The notes below the pieces were generated by a model that saw nothing but the letters and a program-made list of their open reading frames with translations, searched no databases and was not told where the DNA came from. The position numbers and the translations under genes were made by a program. From the NCBI GenBank assembly GCA_009859145.1, contig VRVR01000048.1, positions 1 through 64,000 of the forward strand: a stretch of DNA of 64,000 nucleotides. The letters run 5' to 3'. This DNA comes from Andalucia godoyi And28. Lineage: Eukaryota; Protista; Jakobida. The number at the start of each line of letters is the position of its first letter. Position 1 is the stretch's first letter. Positions 1-10,326 of this stretch are shown here, in pieces.

Positions 1-694
1 GACCTCGCATCGCCGACCAGAATGCGCTCCAGCTCCGTGTCCGAGAAATCGTCCAGGCGCAGACGACGCTCAAACTGCACGCGACGACTGAGGCCGGTAT
101 TCGCATTGCGGATCATGTCCTCCATCTGCTGTTCGTACCCCGCCAAAATCAAGCACATGTCTGCACCGGGCTCCGGAGACACGAGGCCGACAAGGGTGTC
201 GATGGCGGACTTGGAATACGACGTGCTAGCATCCAGTTGGTACGCCTCGTCAATAAACAAAACATTCCCGCGCGCCGCCTCCAGCAGTTCTGCAGTCTTC
301 TTCTCGCTTCCACTCGTCAGATCCTTTGCGGTTTTCTCCAGAAAATCTCCTTTGCTCAGCAACCCCAGATCCTTCAGCAGGCCAGCGTAGTGCCGGGCAA
401 AGGTCGTTTTGCCCGTCCCCGGATTCCCAACAACTGCAAAATTCAGAAACACAGAGTCCGGCTCGAGACCCGCGTCTTCGCGCCGATCATGCCTTCAATC
501 GCCAGCCAGTGATTGTTGTCCCGCGGGAGAGTCCGTGGGCCCAGCACGTCATCCATCCGCAGAGTCCGGGCTTCGAGAGGCGGAACGCTCCGGATGGATC
601 CATGTGCAGCACAGCCAGGGTCAGTGTCGCACGATCTGTGGGGGATATGGCCATGTGCTGTACGAGTGCGTGACTGCCGATTGCGTGGATTCAT
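1..694 (-). pseudogene. Frameshifted, 5'-truncated fragment of a CbbX/SpoVK-type AAA+ ATPase (continues past left edge)
   Basis: Manual minus-strand translation of 494..1 gives Walker A FAVVGNPGTGKTT, Walker B GNVLFIDEAYQL, LILAGY..M, NTGLSRR and DDFSDTELERIL. That frame is closed upstream by TGA at 495-497 and has no ATG before Walker A. The expected preceding segment (MDDVLGP...WLAIEGMIG) is in a different frame (ORF 443..694). Confidence 0.7.
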
Positions 695-1378
695 AGTGTG
701 TGCACAGTGAATAGTAGTATTAATGATAAATTTATCGTGGCGCCTGCCTTCTCAAGCGCCTGCGATGTACTCTTGCGAACAAAGGAACAGCTGCTACGAC
801 CCAAGTCGATTTTCATGCGAACTCGGGCTTTAATATAGTGGAAGTTTCGAAGACGGATATCGTTTCGACTGTCTCTTGGCTTTGGCATTTTTGGAACATG
901 GCTCGGAGTTGTGTATCCTCGGTTTGTTCCTTTTAGGATAAAGACTGCATCACGGGCTTCACTGGCTTTCCTTCAAAGAAGACGTTGTACGAGTCCATCA
1001 GTTTTCCTGCCCTCCGATTGCGCACATGCGCTGCAACAAATTCCAGGCTGCCTCACGGGAGCACGTTTGCTTGCCCCCTGGCCATCATCCGTTCTTGTGC
1101 CTTGGTTCGAATGCTGCTGTGGGTAATAACGGCCCAGATTGGTTTGTCATTTCTATTCCATTCCTCCGTTGACAGCATTTGTCGCGATGCTTCGACTTGA
1201 CGAGACGTCATTTGAACACCACATTCTCCACTAGATCCGTCGAAAGAATCAACTTTTCTTTCTGCAATTGCTGGGTTTTCCATGAAGAAAATGCATTACT
1301 TGAAAAGGCGATTTTGATGATCTGGAAAACGCAGACAGGTCGCAGTCGTTTTTGTGATGCAATATTCGGGCGACTCAC

Positions 1379-2374
1379 ATGAGGTACCGGGAAAGGGCTG
1401 TGCACGGTTTCGCCGAATTTGCAAAGTTTGCGTCCGCTTTTCAATTTGCTCCTTCCGCAGCCGCTCCTGGTACGCTTTTCTTGATTGAATCTCCAGCATT
1501 GAGGGTTTTTCTTTTCTGTTGGTGGTGCTTCTTTGCAAGATTGTTGCATTTGTTGTTTCCTCGTGGATTTCCTCTGGGCATGCGAGACCCGTTTCTGGAG
1601 TCTCCTTACGCGTCGACGTCGCAGTCGCCGGTGGACGGCAATGTTGAGTGGAGGAATACTCCAGCCGCCTTTTCCCTGCCTTTTCGTCTGCAGACTCTTG
1701 CAGCGGTTGTGTTTCTATTGGCTGCACCGCGTCTGATTTTTGATTTTGCAAATGTCAATGATTTTCTTGGAATCAACGGGACATCGGCCACGAGAGTCGC
1801 TGCCATCATGTATATATGTGTGTTGTGTTGTTTGACGGTTGTGGTGTTCGTCCGTTCCTTTTTGCGTGAGAAAGTGCCTCGGATGCGAATCGGAAAGTAT
1901 CTGTTGTGGTTCATTGGAAGGATGTTGGTGACCATTGTGATCAATGCCGTTGCGGGAGTGACGTTCTTTGTCGACGACCGAATAGCGCAAGGATGCTGTT
2001 CCTATGCAGACGCAATTTTCGTCATTGCCTCGAGTTTGGAATTTTACAAGCTGAATTTCGCAGAATCGGCCACTTCCAACTCTTTTCATCGGTGGTTCGT
2101 CTTGTTTTCTGCAATGTATCAGATGCTGTATGCTCTGGTGGACGTGGTGGCTTCGTACTTTGTTACCTTTCCGTATTATTATGATGGCAATCGCGTTGCT
2201 TCGGGGGTCGTCATCATTTCGCACATTCTTTGCATTGGCTTCCGCTTCGATTTGGCATGGGGGAGCTTACGCAAATTAACGACGCCTGGTAAGCGGGTGT
2301 TTCCGTCATACCTAGTTGTCCGCGATACGGATGCTCGTGCTCTGCACGAAGAGTTGTATTCGGTATCGAGCTGA
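1379..2374 (+). CDS. Multi-pass membrane protein of unknown function (alternative start ATG 1580)
   Basis: Long ORF with about 6-7 hydrophobic segments; no family motif recognised. Confidence 0.7.
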   Translation: MRYRERAVHGFAEFAKFASAFQFAPSAAAPGTLFLIESPALRVFLFCWWCFFARLLHLLFPRGFPLGMRDPFLESPYASTSQSPVDGNVEWRNTPAAFSLPFRLQTLAAVVFLLAAPRLIFDFANVNDFLGINGTSATRVAAIMYICVLCCLTVVVFVRSFLREKVPRMRIGKYLLWFIGRMLVTIVINAVAGVTFFVDDRIAQGCCSYADAIFVIASSLEFYKLNFAESATSNSFHRWFVLFSAMYQMLYALVDVVASYFVTFPYYYDGNRVASGVVIISHILCIGFRFDLAWGSLRKLTTPGKRVFPSYLVVRDTDARALHEELYSVSS

Positions 2375-2563
2375 CATGTACTGCTAATGCAAGCTCTTGC
2401 CGATGTTCCGTTAGTGGGCTGTTGTTGCCCAATAAGTTCATTTTGCTGTGCTCCGCTTTCTTCAAGTGAGCAGTCTTCTCGTTTAGAAGTGGTTGGAGAG
2501 ACTGGCACTCCATTTCACGCGAATAATCCGCCTGCTGTTTCAACCAGCGTAGTCTAGAGGAAT

Positions 2564-3769
2564 TTATAACACAGATTCTTTGAGAGAGCAGTTCTTCTCC
2601 GCGCCGTACATATTCTTCCTGTGGTGGTAATCCCCGGCACATTTGAAGCCAAATTCTTTGAACGACTCGTCGAGTTCATTCGAATTTCCCATCGAACTGG
2701 TTCTCGACAAACTCCTTGCGACGGCAGTCGTGGGGGTGTCCGTATCGTCCTTTAACTTTGGGAACACTTCTGTGCCCATGGGATCGCAAACGGTGGGTAT
2801 CAATGGTGGTTGTTCATTGCGAATCAACGCCCACTGGACGCCCTTGAACCAGGGATGCTTTCTGATTTCCAACGAGCCCTCGGGACCCGCGCCTAGCCTC
2901 TTCTTTGGGTCTGGGTTTAACAGTTTTCGGATGAGGTCTTTCGCAGATTTGCTCAGTTCTGGAGCACCGTCGCCTTTTGGAAACTTCAGTTCACCCAATC
3001 TCACGTTTTCAAACGTTTCTTCCATAGTCTTTCCTTTGAAAGGAGTTGTCCCCGTCAGAATTTCAAACAGCAAAATGCCGAAAGTCCACCAATCAACAGA
3101 AGAAGACTGTCCATATCCCTGAATCACCTCAGGGGAGATGTACTCTTCCGTGCCGACAAAAGAGTTGAGCTGGGAAGCATTGGCGTTCTTGGCCAATCTC
3201 TGTGGGTTGGCAGCCGATAAGGCAGACAGATCAAAGTCGGTCAGTCGAATATGGCCTGTTTCATGGAGCAGAATGTTTTCCGGTTTCAAATCGCGATAAA
3301 TAAACCCCATCATATGCAGATACTCCAGTGCAAGAAATACCTCGGCTGCGTAGAAGCGAGCATGCTGTTCAATCAATCGCTTTCCTGGCTGTTTTTGCAG
3401 CATTCTAAAAAATTCTCCTCCAGCACAGTACTCCATCATAAAAAAGAGCTTGTCGTCGGCGGCGAATGACGCATGGAGAGACACGATGAATGGATGGTCG
3501 GTGGTCGCAAGAATTTCTCGTTCGGTTAACACCCGCTTGACTTTGTTTCGCAAAATCATGTCTTCCTTCGCAAGCACTTTCAACGCATAAAGAGTGTTCT
3601 CCGTCTTATGACGAACAAGAAAGACACGACCAACGTCTCCGCGCCCCAGCAGTCTCATTTTCTCCAGTTGGGACAGGATAAGCATTGGGTCCGACGGATC
3701 GCATTGATCCTTGTCGATCAGCTCGCCAAGATCTCTCGGCAGCGCATACCATGCATTGCTATCCGTCAT
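2564..3769 (-). CDS. AGC Ser/Thr kinase, phototropin/KIN82/FPK1/AGCVIII-like, without LOV domains
   Basis: LGRGDVGRV, YALK, YRDLKPEN, DFDLS (DFD in place of DFG), SFVGTEEYISPE, DWWTFG, HPWF. Confidence 0.93.
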   Translation of the reverse strand: MTDSNAWYALPRDLGELIDKDQCDPSDPMLILSQLEKMRLLGRGDVGRVFLVRHKTENTLYALKVLAKEDMILRNKVKRVLTEREILATTDHPFIVSLHASFAADDKLFFMMEYCAGGEFFRMLQKQPGKRLIEQHARFYAAEVFLALEYLHMMGFIYRDLKPENILLHETGHIRLTDFDLSALSAANPQRLAKNANASQLNSFVGTEEYISPEVIQGYGQSSSVDWWTFGILLFEILTGTTPFKGKTMEETFENVRLGELKFPKGDGAPELSKSAKDLIRKLLNPDPKKRLGAGPEGSLEIRKHPWFKGVQWALIRNEQPPLIPTVCDPMGTEVFPKLKDDTDTPTTAVARSLSRTSSMGNSNELDESFKEFGFKCAGDYHHRKNMYGAEKNCSLKESVL

Positions 3770-4303
3770 CTGTGAATCTCTTCTTTGACCTTTAATCTTT
3801 CTTTAAGCGTTTGTGAGGAGTGAGAGAGTGCTTTTAAACCATTGCAGTGTTGCAGGCCAAAAAAGAAAAAAGATAAAAAGACAAAGAAAAGGGCGAGACA
3901 AGAAAATCGCGGGAAACCACACAAAAGAGCTGTTGCTGGTTTTTTCTTTTTTTATGGATGGATGTGTGTGCGTGTCGGTGGGTGGGTGAATTCTTGTTGG
4001 CTCCCGTTTTTTGCAAAACCAGTACCGCCCACTCCGAACCGTCCGAATCGAACCCCATCGCCCCGTTAGGTCCTACAGTTCGACATGTTGCCTTGACAGA
4101 AAATTGCAGTGAAATCGACATCAAATGCGATACAAATGGAACTGCAGCATCACGTGATGCTGCATGGGGGGTTCTGAAGCAGACCCGCGCGCTGACCTTT
4201 TTTTGCATTGGGTAATGTTTGATTTATTTTATAATTAATTAATTATGATGATAATTATTTGCTGCCTGCTCAAAAGCCCAAAGAACGTAAAACGGAGATC
4301 AGC

Positions 4304-4690
4304 ATGGCCGGACCCGTGGTTGTTGACTACTGCCCAAAGTGCAAAGTGCCTACCGAGTATTGCGAGTATTTTGGACATGGAGGAGCTCCAGCAGAGGGAA
4401 AGACTGTGGAAGAGCCAAAGGAAGTGAAAAAGAAGATAACGGTTGTCGTGAGTGCCCGAAACAAGAAAAAGTCGTTGACGACAATCTATGGACTGGAAAC
4501 CTTTGGATGGAAGCTCGATGACGCTGCGAAGAATCTCAAAAAGCGGTTTGCTTGTGGAGCAGCCATGATTAAGGACGCATCGCAACGAGACTGTGTGCAA
4601 GTACAAGGGAACCTCGAATACGAACTGCCGGAATACCTCGCGGAACTGCTTGAAATCGACGAAGATCTCATTGAAGTAACGGACAAATAG
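4304..4690 (+). CDS. DENR: Density-regulated protein / Tma22 (SUI1 domain translation re-initiation factor)
   Basis: N-terminal YCPKCKVPTEYCEY; SUI1 domain RNKKKSLTTIYGL...KKRFACGA...VQVQG; ATG at 4304. Confidence 0.88.
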   Translation: MAGPVVVDYCPKCKVPTEYCEYFGHGGAPAEGKTVEEPKEVKKKITVVVSARNKKKSLTTIYGLETFGWKLDDAAKNLKKRFACGAAMIKDASQRDCVQVQGNLEYELPEYLAELLEIDEDLIEVTDK

Positions 4691-4946
4691 TAAATGCATA
4701 AAAAGTAGAAAATGCTTGGACTTCGTTTCCTCGTGATCTGTGGTGCGTGTTTTTTGTTGTTTTCGTTTTTGTTTTTTGATTTGGTTTCGTAAACTTGCCG
4801 ACGGATCTCCTCTGCTGTACGCGAGATTTTCGGCTTTTCGATTTTTGCAGTCGCTGGTAAGTGAGGGACACAAGTGCCTCTCGAGAGTTGCGACCGTCCT
4901 TATCAGCCTGGCTTGCCGACAGACACGCGTGATCCAAGCAACGAAA

Positions 4947-7511
4947 ATGATGCCGTCGGACGTGCTTCTGGAGGCGAATGAGGAAAGTGTGCTCGAGCTG
5001 CTCAAAGGGGAACGGAATGAAGAGAAACTCTCCAGGCTGAGATCTTTTGTCCTTGCACGCCCATTGATGGACTCTGTCGGGAAGTTTCTTATCGACAGCT
5101 ATGCCAGCTCTGACAATCCTTCAGAGTCCGTTCGGTTGTGCAAAGAATGCGTTGCCAACGACTTTCGGGCTACATGGGCCTGGAATCATCTGTTGGCATA
5201 TCATTTGCAAAACTGGGACCCCGACGAGGCTCTCCACGCTGCGCAAGGGCTGCTGAAAGCATCTCAGGACTCCGCAGCGCTGCGTGAGACAATGGCCGCC
5301 CTATTTTTTGTCAAGGAACAGTACGTGGCTTCTCGAAAGAGTCTCCAAGTATTTAACTCCGATTCGGAAGCATCGAGCATACTGAGTCGTCTGCTGGCAG
5401 CCCGGTTTGGAGAAGTCGGTCAGTTGATCGAACAAGTCCATGCCTCTCCATCTTCGTCTTCGTCTTCGTCTTCTTCTTCTTCTTCTTCTTCTTCTTCTTC
5501 TTCTTCACAGCCCTCAGCTTCTGCATCGTATTTCTTGGCATTGGTAATGCACATTCAGATTCAGCTCTTGATCCATTCGGGCGATGTGGGCAGAGCTGGT
5601 CCGTTGCTCTTCGCAGCTGTGGATCACGTGGAATCCTTTCTAGATGCTTCCTATTCCAATTCGTTAGCGGCATTTCAGCTCTTGTTTTCTCTGTACCTCA
5701 CCTGCCGACTACTCTATCCTAGTATTCCTGCATACACTGTGCTGTCGTATCTTGAGAAAGGCAGACGACTGATGGAAAGGAAGCGTCCGTTTCTGCAGAA
5801 CGCGTCGCGAGAGTCTTCGGCTCTCCTGTCAATCAATCTTCTTGTCCTGTTGGATGAAATGCATCGATTGTATGAAAAAACCGGGGATCATATGGAACTT
5901 GGGTCTTTGGATCGTGAAATGCGCGCTGTTGTTGGGACGTTGTTTGCTGAAAACGCGCATTCGAGTACTGTTTTACTTGTTTGTGGCGTTTTTGCTTCGG
6001 ATTCCGAACAGCGAATCCGGTACCTTGTCCTCGCTTCCGAAATAGAGGAATCTCCGTTGTGCTTGTCGCTGCTTGCGCTGGAATACTTGCGCCTTTTCGA
6101 AGTTTCGAGCGACTGCAAGTATGCGCTTCTTGCAAGACAACTCGCGAGCAAAGCACAGTCATCGGATCCAACATCGGTTATCCCTTGGTTGGCGGTTGCT
6201 CAAATCAACCTTTGCAATGCCAAGAACTGTGTGGGCATGGATCAACAACAATCTGCTTGCACTCTCGCATTCAGGGACTCAGTGAAGCACGCCTGTTTGT
6301 TGCTCATGTCGGATTCTTCGTATGCATTCGAAAGCTTCGGCTCGGGTGTTTCGCTTCTTCGTTCCTACTTTGTTCGCTCTGCCCTTCCGAGGCTTGTTGC
6401 AGAGCTAGCGCAAATTGGGTTCTCGTTGGGCAAGGACGGAATACCCATTCCCGAGTTATTGTGGATTGTCGAAGTTGCTCTGCGATTTGATCCGGAAAAT
6501 TGCGACTTGCTGCTGTACAGTGCTACGTTGAAGCGCATGGTAGGTCGGTATCATGCAGCGGCAAAGGTCTACCAAGCTCTGTTTTCGATGCCTTCTTTTC
6601 CGTCGTTTCCAAAGAATCTGGTAAGCGTGCTAGCGTGCTCCGACACGTGGACCGTCCTCGGGCGATCGGACATTTCTTTGTCTTTGCTGGAAAACAATCG
6701 AGAAACAATGATGCAACAGGATCCCATCTCATTTTTGCACTGTCTTGCGCATTCTGCGGTTGCTGCGAATGATCTCATTTTGGGAGCAACCTGTTTGACG
6801 CAGGTCGTGCAAGCCACAGAAGGCAAAGCGGCGGAACCTTGGTGCGATCTCGTGCGTGTGTACTTGAAATTCAATGCCGCTGACGAAGCATATACGACAT
6901 GCAAATCACTGTTGGAATCGCATCCGAACAACGTCAGTGTGAAAATTCTTTGGTGCGATGCTCTCCTTCACCGGCAGGACTTCAATGCTTGTATACAGTT
7001 TGCGGAATCAGCAGGTCTCGTCAAGCAAAAGGCGCGAGCGTTGAAGCAGGCTGGCAGGACACAGGAGCTTGTGCAGGTGCTTACGGAAATGCTGGGACCC
7101 CGTCAAAGCTTGTCTTTTGCAGACCAAATAGACATTGTGCAACTGATGAGCGAGGTCTGTGAAGATGCTCTTGTGATCGGCAGGTCTTCCCTTTCTTCTG
7201 AGGACGCACTGTCCTTGCATTTTCAGTTTGAAGAATTGGCGTTTTCCGTGACTCCGTCGTCGCAGAAAGACATTATCAAGCGTTGCAATAGAGATTCGCT
7301 CCAACTTGCCTCATTTTATTCCCATCTTGCGTCCCTTTATTACGGGATATACCGCAGCGCGATGACCGAGAGCTCCGCAGACGTCCGGGAACGTGCAGCT
7401 GACATGAGTTCTGTTGCGCTGTCCTTTGCATCGCATGCCTTGATGTACGACCCAGTTCTAGCAGGACGTCGAGACAAAATGATTGACATTATTAAGAAGT
7501 GTAGTTCCTGA
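4947..7511 (+). CDS. TPR-like alpha-solenoid protein (possibly SKI3/TTC37-related)
   Basis: ATG at 4947; repeated TPR-like helices (WAWNHLLAYH, AQSSDPTSVIPWLAVA, ALRFDPEN, ESHPNN); poly-Ser insert. Confidence 0.7.
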   Translation: MMPSDVLLEANEESVLELLKGERNEEKLSRLRSFVLARPLMDSVGKFLIDSYASSDNPSESVRLCKECVANDFRATWAWNHLLAYHLQNWDPDEALHAAQGLLKASQDSAALRETMAALFFVKEQYVASRKSLQVFNSDSEASSILSRLLAARFGEVGQLIEQVHASPSSSSSSSSSSSSSSSSSSSQPSASASYFLALVMHIQIQLLIHSGDVGRAGPLLFAAVDHVESFLDASYSNSLAAFQLLFSLYLTCRLLYPSIPAYTVLSYLEKGRRLMERKRPFLQNASRESSALLSINLLVLLDEMHRLYEKTGDHMELGSLDREMRAVVGTLFAENAHSSTVLLVCGVFASDSEQRIRYLVLASEIEESPLCLSLLALEYLRLFEVSSDCKYALLARQLASKAQSSDPTSVIPWLAVAQINLCNAKNCVGMDQQQSACTLAFRDSVKHACLLLMSDSSYAFESFGSGVSLLRSYFVRSALPRLVAELAQIGFSLGKDGIPIPELLWIVEVALRFDPENCDLLLYSATLKRMVGRYHAAAKVYQALFSMPSFPSFPKNLVSVLACSDTWTVLGRSDISLSLLENNRETMMQQDPISFLHCLAHSAVAANDLILGATCLTQVVQATEGKAAEPWCDLVRVYLKFNAADEAYTTCKSLLESHPNNVSVKILWCDALLHRQDFNACIQFAESAGLVKQKARALKQAGRTQELVQVLTEMLGPRQSLSFADQIDIVQLMSEVCEDALVIGRSSLSSEDALSLHFQFEELAFSVTPSSQKDIIKRCNRDSLQLASFYSHLASLYYGIYRSAMTESSADVRERAADMSSVALSFASHALMYDPVLAGRRDKMIDIIKKCSS
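5451..5506 (+). repeat. (TCT/TCG)n microsatellite encoding poly-Ser
   Basis: Directly visible trinucleotide run inside the CDS. Confidence 0.95.
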
Positions 7512-7528
7512 GCGTCCCAAGTAGCAAC

Positions 7529-8776
7529 CTATTTTGCATTTTGCCGATTTGCTATTTTTGTTCTCTTCTTCCCTGGATCTCCTGCGTCAAATGCTCGAGT
7601 CCCGCCGTCGACTGCGTAGCCATCTTTTGCAGCCAAAGACAATGAAAAAATCCTCAAGTGAATCTGGGTTTGTAGCAGACCCCGTGCGCGGGTAATGCAA
7701 TTTCTGTGTGTAAACAACATATGATCCTTCACAAGGACAGGTACCTCCCGCTGACGGCACAAAATGACAAGAAGAACGTGTGCGGACAGCGGATAGTTTG
7801 CGAGAAGAGTTTGGTAAAATTCGTCAAAGCAAACAGGATTGCTCGATTGCATCGCGCGCACATCCAATATGAGCTGGCGGATGTTCCTCCAGCAAGCAAC
7901 GACTGCGAGAAATGGAGCTGCAGCAACCTCGAAGTATCTTCTTGACACAGCTCGGCGCAGCGGATCCACATCATGGCTGGGAGTCAGATATTGATGCATC
8001 AGATGCGGCAGTGCAGTACAGCTGCAATGAGCGACATCCAGCAAGTATTGCAACAGTACATTGATGTCGCACATCATCTGGGCTTCTCCAGTCATGCGCA
8101 TCATCCCCGCAGGCCACTGCACACCGTGCCCGAGATTCCGACGCACCTCCGCAGCCAATGCCTGGCAATGATCGCTCAGTAATGATGCGTAATGCGCTTG
8201 GAATTTGTGTTGCACCGCCACGGAAGCACGCTGAATTGCCTGTGCCTCCGTCATCCTGTACCCTTTCGCAAGCTGAAACAAGCAGCGGGCGGCGCCCGAC
8301 AACAGCGGCGATGTTCCACATGCAGATCCTGGTTCCGCCCCGTCAACAGGAAGTGTCCGACGAACTCCACACATCGTAAGAACCCAGTGCCCAATGTTCT
8401 GCAATGCGGCGTACGAATCCGAGGCCACCGATAATGCATGTTCCGATCGATAGGCGGGGTCTAAAACTTGAGACAGAGTGTACAGCGAATCGATCTGTTC
8501 CAGGCAACGGAGAATAAAACTTCCTGCATCCTCCCGACCGCCATCCCCGCTATCACCCACGAGACTCGAGCTCCTGCTGGTGCCTATTCCGCGGCGTCTG
8601 ACGTTGCCCGCGGACGCAGTTCCCTTCCTAGGGGTCTCTGAAGGCGGTGTCGTGATGTCTGCCCATTCTGGAAAAAAACGACTTGACACTGATTTGCTGA
8701 CCAGTCTGCCATTCTGAAGATCCACATATTGGAACTCAAGTTCCGTACTGCCTGGCCCAGCGAGCGGATCGTGCAT
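7529..8776 (-). CDS. Hypothetical protein; may have upstream exon(s)
   Basis: Long ORF with first ATG at 8776 (MHDPLAGPG). A GTGAGT donor-like site at 8927-8922 hints at a 5' exon. No family recognised. Confidence 0.7.
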   Translation of the reverse strand: MHDPLAGPGSTELEFQYVDLQNGRLVSKSVSSRFFPEWADITTPPSETPRKGTASAGNVRRRGIGTSRSSSLVGDSGDGGREDAGSFILRCLEQIDSLYTLSQVLDPAYRSEHALSVASDSYAALQNIGHWVLTMCGVRRTLPVDGAEPGSACGTSPLLSGAARCLFQLAKGYRMTEAQAIQRASVAVQHKFQAHYASLLSDHCQALAAEVRRNLGHGVQWPAGMMRMTGEAQMMCDINVLLQYLLDVAHCSCTALPHLMHQYLTPSHDVDPLRRAVSRRYFEVAAAPFLAVVACWRNIRQLILDVRAMQSSNPVCFDEFYQTLLANYPLSAHVLLVILCRQREVPVLVKDHMLFTHRNCITRARGLLQTQIHLRIFSLSLAAKDGYAVDGGTRAFDAGDPGKKRTKIANRQNAK

Positions 8777-8883
8777 CGTAGGGACAGAAATCCCATGCAC
8801 TTCCACCTCGCTCGAAAAGAGGAAATAGAGATCCCCCAAGCAAAAAAATGAAAAACAAAAAACAAAAAACAAAAAACAAAATG

Positions 8884-8925
8884 AAAACTGAAAACTGAAA
8901 ACTGAAAACTGAAAACTGAAAACTC
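8884..8925 (-). repeat. (TTTTCAG)n heptamer tandem repeat, about 6 units
   Basis: Plus strand AAAACTG x5 followed by AAAACTC. Confidence 0.95.
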
Positions 8926-9192
8926 ACCAGGGGTCCGGCACGGCAGGGGAAACGGGCGAACTGGTTTGTGGACTGGGCTTTTTGCCTCAACTCTTCGCGG
9001 GTTCCTGGAATGTGCGTTGCAGCTTTTGGAACTTGGGGCTCGGAGGCAGTCGATCCGCGGGACAAAGAAGAAGAAGAAAAAGAAAAAAGAAAAAGAACGA
9101 ATCGTACTAACGAAGGAGTGCATTGTGGCCAGAGGCAGGAAACAGAGAGTTTTCGGGGAGAAATTTCGAAAAAGCAGAAGTCCTAGCGAAAA

Positions 9193-10263
9193 ATGAAGCG
9201 ATTTGGAATAGCATTTGGTGCAGCTGCGGCGTTCTGTGGAGGAATCTACCTCTCTGCAAGGCACGCCTCTGCAACGGTTCCTGGAGCGAATCATCATCAC
9301 GGCCAGGATGGGAGCGGTGTTGATGATGCGAAAGCGATGCTGAAGTCAGCGGCTGGAATCCAGGCACGCATGGCGGATCCACTTTCCGATGCGGGTCGCC
9401 ATGAAACGTTTTCTGCTATTGCAAATCGCTACGATGGCCTAATTGAAAAGGAAGAGGCACGCCATGGAATTGACCATTTGCGACTGCGGGCACTTGATTT
9501 TGTTCTCAAAGAACATCCGACACGCATTTTGGAGACTGCCTGCGGAACAGGTCGTAATGTAGATCTGGCATCTCAACGCATTCGAGAAGACGGATTGGAT
9601 GGTCAGCAATCGCTGATGTACGTCATGGTGGACGTCTCTCCACAAATGGTGGTCGAAGCAGCCAAGAAGAGGAAGTGGGCAATGACAACGTCAACGACAG
9701 AGGCGGAGGCGGAGGCGGATACAGTTCGTGTCCAACCGGCGATCGAATCCGTGGCACAAGTAGCGGATGCCTCTGCACTTCCCTATGCGGACTGTTCTTT
9801 TGATGTTGTTTTTGATACGTTTGGGCTGTGTTCGGTTGACGACCCAGACCGAGTTATCTCGGAATCGGCGCGAGTTGTCAGACCCGGTGGATCGCTTGTC
9901 TTTTTGGAACATGGGTCCGTCCCTTCATCGTCTGTTTCCGCTTCATTGCCGTCGTCATCAGACGGTGATGGTGAGATTCTGTCACGTTTCGAAAGGATTG
10001 CTCGTCCGATTGTGAATGCGTATTTGGACATCACCGCCGCGAACCATGCCAAGTCCTGGGGCTGTTGGTACAATCGTGATATTCTCAAAGCTGTCCAAGA
10101 CGTTGCGCGACGGGATGATCGGCTGGCGATCGAGCATGTTGAAACACATCACTATGGAACAAGCATTCTGATCGTGCTGCGAAAAGAAGGAGACCGTCCT
10201 CACAACACACGATCATCATCAGCACCAGCACCAGCACCAGCACCAGCACCGTCGTCCTCGTGA
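9193..10263 (+). CDS. OMS1: Mitochondrial SAM-dependent methyltransferase, OMS1-like
   Basis: ILETACGTGRN, VDVSPQM, FDTFGLCS...RPGGSLVFLEHG, HAKSWGCWYNRDI; N-terminal TM segment. Confidence 0.8.
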   Translation: MKRFGIAFGAAAAFCGGIYLSARHASATVPGANHHHGQDGSGVDDAKAMLKSAAGIQARMADPLSDAGRHETFSAIANRYDGLIEKEEARHGIDHLRLRALDFVLKEHPTRILETACGTGRNVDLASQRIREDGLDGQQSLMYVMVDVSPQMVVEAAKKRKWAMTTSTTEAEAEADTVRVQPAIESVAQVADASALPYADCSFDVVFDTFGLCSVDDPDRVISESARVVRPGGSLVFLEHGSVPSSSVSASLPSSSDGDGEILSRFERIARPIVNAYLDITAANHAKSWGCWYNRDILKAVQDVARRDDRLAIEHVETHHYGTSILIVLRKEGDRPHNTRSSSAPAPAPAPAPSSS

Positions 10264-10326
10264 CAGCGCGTTCTTCGCTGCTAAATTTGCAATTTACACT
10301 ATACATTCTGCGCGCGTGCGGTCCGA

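Noticed and set aside
1100-1115. GGTTCGAAT resembling a tRNA T-loop (also near 33328)
   Set aside because: No flanking T-stem or cloverleaf; no tRNA, rRNA or CRISPR array was found anywhere in the window.
700-1350. Coding-looking minus-strand frame broken by stops (...GQANVLP*GSLEFVAAHV...QSLS*...)
   Set aside because: No recognisable motif, no similarity to the transposase in this window and no terminal repeats seen; could be a decayed gene but is unsupported.
2564-3769. Phototropin-like kinase as a light sensor
   Set aside because: No LOV domain in the ORF or upstream; LOV-less kinases of this clade (KIN82/FPK1) are well known.
4235-5005. 256-aa minus-strand ORF
   Set aside because: Antisense shadow of DENR and the TPR gene; no motifs.
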